64,000 bases of DNA from an uncultured Nitrososphaeraceae archaeon (lineage in GTDB: Archaea > Thermoproteota > Nitrososphaeria > Nitrososphaerales > Nitrososphaeraceae). The notes under the pieces are model-generated. The model made no database searches. It was not told the origin of the DNA and saw only the letters and a list, made by a program, of their open reading frames with translations. The stretch is from the NCBI GenBank assembly GCA_963779615.1, contig CAVZZA010000003.1:96001-160000 (forward strand), read 5' to 3'. Both the position numbers and the translations under genes were made by a program. Positions within the stretch are counted from its first letter, which is position 1, and each line of letters begins with the position of its first letter. Below are positions 55,969-64,000 of this stretch, one piece after another.

Positions 55969-57671
55969 ATTTTAATGCCGAAAAGACCCTAACAGATTTG
56001 AGCTCACCGGAAGAAATTGGAAAAAGCATAGCATCAAAAAGATTCCTTAATAACATGGATGGCTTTTGGTTTGCCGTCAAGCCCAATACAATCGTAAATT
56101 CTTTTGATTTTGTTACAGTCGATAATTTACAAAACAGTAAAACCATCGGAATTGTAAAGGAGATGCAAGCAGTTGAAGAAGATTTTTATACAGAATATGT
56201 TTCGGACCGCCAAAAGAACCTGAAAAAACAGGAACAACCATGTAATGAGCCCTCAAAAGGATTAATATTGGCAAAAGTGGGCATAATCGCAAATACCGGG
56301 GCAACAGTGGAAGGTCGTAAGGAGGCCATTTCTATAAACTTTCCAGTAGGCATAGGCAAACCCGTTAGATTTGCCACAGAAGATGAGATTATTTTTGCGC
56401 TAGGAATTCCAGAAATGGTAGATCCAATTCCTGCAGGGATTATAGAAACAACAAATGGCTTACAGGTTCCCATTTCATTAGCATTAACTTATTTGGCTGG
56501 TCCCGATACAGCACACGTAAATGCTTCAGGGATCTCGGGAAATAGGAAAAGCAATTACATTTTGTTTCTATTGCAATCGGCTTATCAAACACTTTTTGAA
56601 AAGAAGAAGGAGAACATAGCACTGATCATTTTCAACACCAAGGAACAGAATCTGCTACACATAGATAAAAAACCAACGGATGTCAAAGAGAGAACTGAAA
56701 ATTTATTCAATATTCTTGATTTGGAATTAGAGCCTTTTGAGAATGTGTCTTATTTTTTACCAAGGGGCAAAGATGGCAAGCCCAATTCAATGCACATACC
56801 AAAAAATTTCAAAACATACTCCTATGAGTTGCAGGATATTTACGATAGGCTTGAATTGCTATTTTATGAAGCATATGACACCCGTTTTAACCTCTCATCA
56901 ATCATAGATTACATCTATGAATCCTGGCCACTAAGGGAAAACACTGGAAAGGAGATAAGAACATGGACTGACTTGTATGAATTTAGTGGATATCCCGAAT
57001 CGATAGTTTCACACAAATCCTCCCTGTTGCACTTTTTAGGTCAACTACAAAGAATGAGGAGGTCCCCAATGTTCATTGACAAAAAAGTAACCAGCACTTA
57101 CCTTGGCGAGGAAATAAGGAAAATTAAATCAGGCCAGGTCTTTGTGATAGACGTGGCAACAATATCTTCTGTGGAGGAACAAGCATTTGTTGTTGGGGAT
57201 GTGATGAAAAGTATAGATGAGATGTATTCTTCAAGTCCGTTTGACTATCCCAATGACAATGCAAATGGCGATTCAGATGACAAGCTCAAAAACAAAGAAA
57301 CACCATCATACATTTTTGTGTTTATTGACGAGGTTAACAGATACATACCCAAATCCCCTTTTGGAAAAAGTGCAGTTTCAGAACAGATCATGAGAACCAT
57401 AATTGCGGGAAGATCCAGAGGAACAATTTTATTTTCTGCACAGCAGTTCAAAAGCGCTACCGACTACAAGCTACAAGAAAATACTGGATTACACATAACA
57501 GGGAAATTAGGAATATCTGAGTTATCCACAGAACCATATTCAAATCTGGATGAAAGCACAAAAAATAATATCGTCAGGCTGAATAAGGGGGAATTAGTCA
57601 TGATTCATTCAGCGTTTAGGCATCCAATAAAGATTGGCTTTCCCAAAGCTGCATTTAAGAGTCCAGTGTAA
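55947..57671 (+). CDS. HerA/FtsK-like ATPase with N-terminal HAS barrel
   Basis: Walker A HVNASGISGNRKS, IFNTK, Walker B VFIDEVN, GRSRG arginine finger, SAQQ motif and GE...H..F..P. Confidence 0.85.
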   Translation: MDEPKPINFNAEKTLTDLSSPEEIGKSIASKRFLNNMDGFWFAVKPNTIVNSFDFVTVDNLQNSKTIGIVKEMQAVEEDFYTEYVSDRQKNLKKQEQPCNEPSKGLILAKVGIIANTGATVEGRKEAISINFPVGIGKPVRFATEDEIIFALGIPEMVDPIPAGIIETTNGLQVPISLALTYLAGPDTAHVNASGISGNRKSNYILFLLQSAYQTLFEKKKENIALIIFNTKEQNLLHIDKKPTDVKERTENLFNILDLELEPFENVSYFLPRGKDGKPNSMHIPKNFKTYSYELQDIYDRLELLFYEAYDTRFNLSSIIDYIYESWPLRENTGKEIRTWTDLYEFSGYPESIVSHKSSLLHFLGQLQRMRRSPMFIDKKVTSTYLGEEIRKIKSGQVFVIDVATISSVEEQAFVVGDVMKSIDEMYSSSPFDYPNDNANGDSDDKLKNKETPSYIFVFIDEVNRYIPKSPFGKSAVSEQIMRTIIAGRSRGTILFSAQQFKSATDYKLQENTGLHITGKLGISELSTEPYSNLDESTKNNIVRLNKGELVMIHSAFRHPIKIGFPKAAFKSPV

Positions 57672-57929
57672 AGTGGTTGTTGAAAAACTGGAGACAATAT
57701 TGAAGTCTACAGCATGCAATTTTAATAACATGTCAATTTTTAAAAACAAAAACCTTGTGTTGAATCACCTTTTATGAAAATTGAAATGCTGGTATGCGGG
57801 GAACCCAACCCTATAAAAAACCGTTTTTTTGTGCAAATTTACGGCATTGCTTTTGACAGGAGTTGAAGGCGCCATTTCTCCCTGCCAATGCATTTTGCGA
57901 GAATATCCATACAAAAGCATCTGTGGATT

Positions 57930-58195
57930 GTTGAAATGCAGGTTTTGCATTTGCTTTTTTTAATATAACCGCATGTTTAGCAGAAAAAATAGATTGGAAG
58001 ACAGTATAGAAAGAGGCCAAACAATACATCAAAGCAATCCATATCATCGCACTTGAAAGAGATGCAATTGATGATGAAACAAATAGATCTGATGTTGAAA
58101 TAGCAGAAATATTTCAGAAACCAATACTTTTAAAGAAACCTAGATTGTGTGTAGATAAACACATCAAAACAGACGGCATTAAAAAAGAAAAATAG
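57930..58195 (+). pseudogene. Possible degraded receiver (REC) domain remnant
   Basis: Interrupted frame ...IKAIHIIAL...EIAEIFQKPILLKK..CVDKHI resembles the REC C-terminus (KP motif). Confidence 0.3.
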
Positions 58196-58299
58196 GTCAA
58201 AAGAATGTAAGCGATATTTGCAGATAAATCCCTTTTAGGGCAATAATGACGGATGGATGGATGGTATTAAGGTTTGTTTACCATATGATTCTGTAGTAG

Positions 58300-58905
58300 G
58301 TGTTTGCTATTAGTTCCAGTCGATTAATCAAAAACGTTCATGCCGAGGATGCCGCAAGTAAATTATCAAAAGAAGAGTATGGCATCCATTGTATGATTAT
58401 ATATCCGGATTTGACAACTTTAAGAGAATTCTACTCAAATTACATAAAGAAGCAAATCGAAGAGAATAATGAAATAGTTCTTTTCACGCCTTTCTATGAA
58501 ACAACGGATTCTGTTAGGCAAATTCTTTCTGAAGGCCATTCCGCAATAGAGAACGTACCAAAATATGAAAAAGAAAATTTCCTGATAATTATTGATGCAT
58601 TGATAAAATACTTTACTCAAAAAGACGAAGGAGATGAAACAGACTGGTCTTTTAAAGAAAGAATGGTTAAGCATGCCAAGATAAAAGGGAAGAGAGGATT
58701 TTCCATTTTGGGGGATATGGGTGCCTTTAACTATAAGGGAAAAATCAAGGAGCTTGTTGATTATGAATTATCTTTGCCTACAAAATACGATATTGACCTG
58801 AGAGGATTTTGTTTGTATCACCAAAAGGACCTTGACAGATTTGTAGAAGGGCAACAACAAAAGTTGGTTGAGCATCATGGCATGGTTATGAAAATAGAAA
58901 CATAA
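58300..58905 (+). CDS. MEDS-domain sensor protein
   Basis: HCMIIY, ILGDM, L.DYE..L and GFCLYH......F.......L.EHH motifs. Confidence 0.85.
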   Translation: MFAISSSRLIKNVHAEDAASKLSKEEYGIHCMIIYPDLTTLREFYSNYIKKQIEENNEIVLFTPFYETTDSVRQILSEGHSAIENVPKYEKENFLIIIDALIKYFTQKDEGDETDWSFKERMVKHAKIKGKRGFSILGDMGAFNYKGKIKELVDYELSLPTKYDIDLRGFCLYHQKDLDRFVEGQQQKLVEHHGMVMKIET

Positions 58906-59882
58906 CAAACCAATAATTCAGCATGCCACAGACCATCAATTATTCTAATAAATTAAAAAAGTTCTTGTGGGCTTGCATGCTGATTGGATATAATATAGCA
59001 GTTAAAAAAAATCAAAAGTCGCAAATGAGAGGTCAAGATCACGCATCTCTTCTTTGTGGTGGAGACAAACATTAAAAAATATTTCTATTGTAACGCCCCA
59101 AAGTCTCCATATTTATATCAGTAATTTGGTGAGACGCATCATATCATTTTTAAATTAAAAATAGGCGTTATTTTCAACATTTGCAGCGGCCGTTATGAAT
59201 CATGATTAAATGTAAGTTCATTAACAAATAAGCATTCGGCAACCAATGTAATCTGAAAAAAATGTTGGAGTTGGTTGAATCTTTTCAATCGCTCTCATAA
59301 CGAAGATTGGAAAAATGCTTAGGGAACTAAACGCTATTTTTGATATTTAAATTTGACCAAAATAGTATCTGGTATTTTACCTATGTAAGAAGATGATGAC
59401 CCTCTTAAGGCAAAAATATTTTTATCTTCTTGTTCTATTGTTAGAGAAGGATCTATGAGAAGCAGTACAGTATCCACAAAAATCTATTATACCGGCTTTT
59501 CCATGACACATACATTCGCATTTATTTCCTAATGAAAATCTTTGTCTCATAGGTCATGTGCTTCCTCATGCCTTATAATGTTATGTAACGATTGGACTTT
59601 AGTTTGATAACAACACAACAAGTCGGTCACCATCACAACCTCATATACAAAAAGAGACGCAAAAACAAAATCGAAATAAGACAACATATGGAGATCATTG
59701 AGCTGCTTACAAGAAATTAACAACCATCTATACCCGATACTTATCATTATCAAGAAATGAGCAGTTTCTTGACCATTTTTTACTATGCAAGACATTAAGA
59801 ATGTACCAAACAACTACAAGTTAAATGGGATGTGGTGATTGTTCAACAGGCTATAGCAGCAATCTTAAATCTGTGAAAATGG

Positions 59883-60665
59883 TCACAAATATCCAATCAC
59901 AAAGAGGCCCATTGCAACACCCATTGTAATTCCCCATACCAACTTATTCCAATCAAGTATCTTTTGTCCATCTAAAACCCCAAACGGTATTAAGTTAAAC
60001 AATGCAATCCACCCATTAAATGATGCACCTATTGCAAAGTAGGGACTAGAACTATAAAATAAAGACAGTAGAAGGAATGAAAACCCCATCACCAAATTTG
60101 TGAGTGGGCCTATCAATGCGACCCTGCCAAACTTATTCCTATCACTCAGACCAACCATTACGGCGCCTGGTGCTATAAACTTGAAAGGCATTATTGGAAG
60201 GGCAGATATTGCCGTTATAAGAAGGCCAGACATTTGCGCTCTAAATTCCGCCCAACTCCCATAATATTGAGCCAAAAATTTGTGTGCTAGTTCATGAACA
60301 AGAAACGCACTGATGAATATGGCAAGAAACTGCCAGGAAAAATGCCTATAACCGTTTAATGAAAGTCCAACAGCGGTTACTAAAATTGTGGCTATAGTTA
60401 AATGCAACAATTCTGTCTTTGAAGTTTTAATACGCATAGTGCTTGACAATATTTGTGACAGTGATATGCGGGGTCTATAATTTTGGTTATTGTGGAGCAT
60501 ATCCTGTCTTTTCTTCTTATATGAATTTACAAATGGACAGGAATGATTAATCGGATTTCTATGGTTACTACAGAAATATTCTTTACAATAATTGCATCTG
60601 AAAGGAATGTTTTCTGCCGTTCCGCACACAAAACACCCAATTACGTTTTTTTTCTCTTCAGTCAT
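59883..60665 (-). CDS. AN1-type zinc finger fused to site-2 (M50) metalloprotease
   Basis: CFVC....PFRCNYCKEYFCSNHR...HSC; HELAH, GPLTN and NLIPFGVLDG. Confidence 0.9.
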   Translation of the reverse strand: MTEEKKNVIGCFVCGTAENIPFRCNYCKEYFCSNHRNPINHSCPFVNSYKKKRQDMLHNNQNYRPRISLSQILSSTMRIKTSKTELLHLTIATILVTAVGLSLNGYRHFSWQFLAIFISAFLVHELAHKFLAQYYGSWAEFRAQMSGLLITAISALPIMPFKFIAPGAVMVGLSDRNKFGRVALIGPLTNLVMGFSFLLLSLFYSSSPYFAIGASFNGWIALFNLIPFGVLDGQKILDWNKLVWGITMGVAMGLFVIGYL

Positions 60666-61378
60666 ACTAGAATAGAAAAACCTTTTTTTTGCTTAGATGT
60701 GTTTCAGCATAGGAATTTTCAAAAAGGCTATCGTTAGGTCTTCTTCCATGTTTATGTAAAACATAAAAATTCAAAGCGCTGTAGATTTCTTTTTGCATAC
60801 AGATAACATTATTATTTGAAGGATCCACATATATATCAAATTCTTTTAATAGATATACATTATTTATTATTTAATTTGTATCACTGATTTTGTATAGTGA
60901 CCAATGTTACAGTAATGACCGTAAATAACAATCCCCAAAGAGCAACAAATGTTATGACTTTTGTTGGGTTTACCGAAGTTTGCCTTGAGTTTTTGATCCA
61001 TTCTTCCTGGCATACATTGGAGAATGAAATGCGGGCGTGTTATCGCGGATCATTAAGCTATGTTTCACATTCTTGCCCGAATGCACATTGGACCTTGCAA
61101 GCATGATAACAAGTAAAAGTTTCGTTCTTTAAGTCCACCACAACATCTTTCAGAACTTTCATTCGTGGATGTATTATTAACAGTGTCGGACATCGTTCGA
61201 ATCTTTATCCTGGCTGTTTAGTTCATTTGACAAAAAAACCTTTTCGAATTGGTATTTCCCCGTTTTTAATTTACAGCGTCAACTATCATTTACTACAGAC
61301 TATCTTTTTTTGGCATACAATTTAGTCATAGTAATCATTTTCAAAGAGAGAGAGATTATCCTCGGTATACTTTAAAAA

Positions 61379-61588
61379 TCAAAAAGACTCCCTGATTTTT
61401 TTAGTTATTCCCAACCCATAAACTATTAATTCATCGCTGCCGGTAACTTTTATTAGTTCATCAATAGCGTCAATGCCTTTATTACCATATGCCGTTAATG
61501 AGTCCAGGATTTTTATTCTTGCCTCTCTCTCCGTATTAGTCATATATTGATGCATGAGGTCTTTGATTTGTTTTTCCCCCTTTGACAA
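61379..61588 (-). CDS. Small helical (HEAT-like) hypothetical protein
   Basis: 69-aa ORF with amphipathic helices ARIKILDSL.AYG..GIDAI.EL. Confidence 0.55.
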   Translation of the reverse strand: MSKGEKQIKDLMHQYMTNTEREARIKILDSLTAYGNKGIDAIDELIKVTGSDELIVYGLGITKKIRESF

Positions 61589-61907
61589 TTTTCCGTATCT
61601 CTTGTTTACCTTGCATTATGTGATTATTAACTATCATCTATGATATTTATGATATTTTTTGGCCATATGATTTGTCCTTAAATATTTATGCACGCTATTA
61701 CATGGTATGCTAAAGAATCATGATTAAAATAAAGGGCACATTTTTTGACGAATGTGTTTTTCTTCCATCTACGCGGCATTAAATACTGTGCCACAAACAC
61801 CACAGGTTGAGAAAAACTATTTCTTCATTTCGTCATAGTTTAGTTTAAAAGACTAGTGCTTGTTTTTGTCTCGCACAGCTCATGATGTATTGGTTTCTTT
61901 TTGCATT

Positions 61908-63764
61908 TTATCCATCATGAAATATTGAATGCGCCCCTCCTGGGAATACATTGTGATTTAGGTCCTCCAAAACTACTACAATTGTGTATACACCTGATTT
62001 TTTTTCTTTTATCAAAGGCATGATATCGAATTCCAAGGATATAGCCTGTTTGTTCTCAGAAAAAGAATATGATTCTTTCAGAGGGCTTATCATAACAACA
62101 TTTGACAACGATGCAACAGTGGAGTTTTTTTCAAGGCTACTGTTACCAATACCTGTAGCAAATCCAACATTAGTTGCAGCTTTTACTGTTGCAACAAGGT
62201 TGCCGGGTTGGTATTTGTCTGGATCTTTATATTGCTCATAAAAAGAAGTGGTGGGCAGATTATCATAATATATTTCGACGCCATAAAACCTAGTATTGTT
62301 TAATAACGTACCGGCTAATTTCACATGTTTATCACCATTTTTCATATCTACAGGGTTAGAGAAATTTATGTAATTATTTTCAAAGTTTTGGACTAGTGCA
62401 AAAGAGTAATCATCATATGCGATTCCTAGGCTAACATGGGTAGTGTAGCTATCAAGTATGTTGTACCTATGATGCCATTTTGCATGAGCATCATTGTACA
62501 CCATAATATCTTCAAGCAAATCCATGGTTTTTAATGGATTGATTTTTTTACAATCTATTTCTCCGCCAATGCATTTGCCATAAAGGTAAGGATCACCAAT
62601 AAAAGCTATGTTCTGTCTTAACTTTCCATACCCGCCTAACTCAGAATAGAGCATATACGGTTTTTCGCCTTTTGTTGTCAGGTGTGACATGTACTTTGTT
62701 GACAGAATATTTTCAGCTTGGTATTGCGCTGCGTTGTTAAGGCTTAAATTAACAGGATGTTTGCCAAAATCTTGCCTGTCTTCGTTTATTCTGGATAATG
62801 CATAGTTCTTTAGTGAATCTACAGAGGGACTTGAGGAGTTGTTGTAGATAAAACTATTACCAGTGTTGTTTGTTACCGTCAAATGGGAAAAATCAGAAGG
62901 ATTGTTGATATGGAGTCCTTTTGTTTCCACTTTGGGCCCATCGATGATTTTATCCTCATTTTCCTTTTTTGTTTTTATCTCAAATGAATTTATCATGGCA
63001 TTTATAACTGGCAAATACTTGGAATATTCGTTTAATTCAGATGTATACCTTAAACCATATACTTTGTTATTGTAAAGAGTAAACACATCTAAAACAGACT
63101 GTTGTGTTTGTGTATCCCCTGTTGCATATCGTATTTTGATTGCACTTTTATTATCAATTCCAAGCATGGTTTTTGTAATGGGCTCCGCAATTGTGAAATT
63201 AGAATATTTCAGTATGTGTAGAAAATAAATCGCATATAAATCCAATAAAGACAAATGAGAAGCGTTGGACAACTTTTCAATTTCAGGTGGCAAGTCTTTG
63301 GCATAAATTCTCAAGTTAGCTAAATAGGTATCGTTGTCATTTTTCAATGGCGAATAAAATGAAATAAAACTCCCATCGTCTAATTGTAAATACTTTTGTT
63401 GTTCTCCAAACCTAACAATACTCCCATTTTCTTCTGAAAAGGTCCAGTTACCCGGATATTGAACTTTGATACCATAATTTAAATTTTGGTAGGACTGCAA
63501 AATGGTTTTATTTTTATTTTTATTTTTGAACCCTTCCTCTTCGGTTGAGGTGAACATATGTTGTAGAGCATTATTACCCGTTTCATTGTAATATTCTATA
63601 TAAGATGTAGCGAATAATTGTTGGAGAACATCATAAGGTTGTTGTAGTGAATACGGTAGCGTAAACGATAGCGTAACTATAGAAATGCTTACAATACCGA
63701 TAAAACATATCGGTTTTGTAATTTGCAAAGCTAGTAGATATTCCCCATGGTTAAATAGAATCAA
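61908..63764 (-). CDS. Secreted protein with PsbP-like domain and CAP/SCP domain
   Basis: YQN..YGIKVQYP.NW...Y.KYLP.I..MINSF (PsbP-like); AL.RINEDR, AAQ.QA, SH, NIA and HRYNIL....HV.LGIA (CAP). Confidence 0.85.
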   Translation of the reverse strand: MILFNHGEYLLALQITKPICFIGIVSISIVTLSFTLPYSLQQPYDVLQQLFATSYIEYYNETGNNALQHMFTSTEEEGFKNKNKNKTILQSYQNLNYGIKVQYPGNWTFSEENGSIVRFGEQQKYLQLDDGSFISFYSPLKNDNDTYLANLRIYAKDLPPEIEKLSNASHLSLLDLYAIYFLHILKYSNFTIAEPITKTMLGIDNKSAIKIRYATGDTQTQQSVLDVFTLYNNKVYGLRYTSELNEYSKYLPVINAMINSFEIKTKKENEDKIIDGPKVETKGLHINNPSDFSHLTVTNNTGNSFIYNNSSSPSVDSLKNYALSRINEDRQDFGKHPVNLSLNNAAQYQAENILSTKYMSHLTTKGEKPYMLYSELGGYGKLRQNIAFIGDPYLYGKCIGGEIDCKKINPLKTMDLLEDIMVYNDAHAKWHHRYNILDSYTTHVSLGIAYDDYSFALVQNFENNYINFSNPVDMKNGDKHVKLAGTLLNNTRFYGVEIYYDNLPTTSFYEQYKDPDKYQPGNLVATVKAATNVGFATGIGNSSLEKNSTVASLSNVVMISPLKESYSFSENKQAISLEFDIMPLIKEKKSGVYTIVVVLEDLNHNVFPGGAHSIFHDG

Positions 63765-64000
63765 ATAGTTTTTGATTGATAGAACCCTATTTATCCATTA
63801 ACGAGCCATTTGATTTTTTCCCAGGCTAAAGTCAATAGATTGGCTATTGAGGCATATGGCATTTTTTGATAGGTGTTTCCATCCTTTTTTTTGATTGATT
63901 TCCTTTGTAACCCACAGGTAGATTTGATTGAACTCAACAAATTTTATATCGGTTTTAAGGTAAATTAAAACCATTCAATGCTTGTTAGGGTCATTCCAAT

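Noticed and set aside
60880-61165. Interrupted minus-strand frame and a 69-aa plus-strand ORF
   Set aside because: Multiple stops and no recognisable family.

Overview
AT-rich archaeal chromosomal window. The gene content points to Thaumarchaeota/Nitrososphaeraceae, probably Nitrosocosmicus-like (inference): single-domain parvulin, F420-dependent LLM enzyme, MEDS protein, Nitrososphaera-type sensor kinases and leaderless TATA-box genes. It is an accessory-rich region. It holds a quinone/redox detox cluster, many secreted low-complexity proteins, modular sensor kinases, a DUF47-PitA phosphate locus, four IS elements (two IS6 with target-site duplications, one IS903-group and one IS5 fragment) and three orphan tRNA 3'-end fragments that look like att scars. 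I found no intact tRNA, rRNA or CRISPR array. About ten otherwise intact genes carry single-base frameshifts, mostly in homopolymers, which suggests read or assembly error. The strongest candidates for new biology are: (1) two paralogous HTH + long coiled-coil genes, each preceded by a helically phased TGACC repeat array, one of them next to a tRNA-derived att site; (2) a 4.9-kb cassette between two tRNA 3'-end direct repeats that encodes a half-size deoxyhypusine-hydroxylase-like HEAT protein next to a SET-domain protein; (3) a hemerythrin gene overlapping a HerA-type ATPase with no NurA partner.
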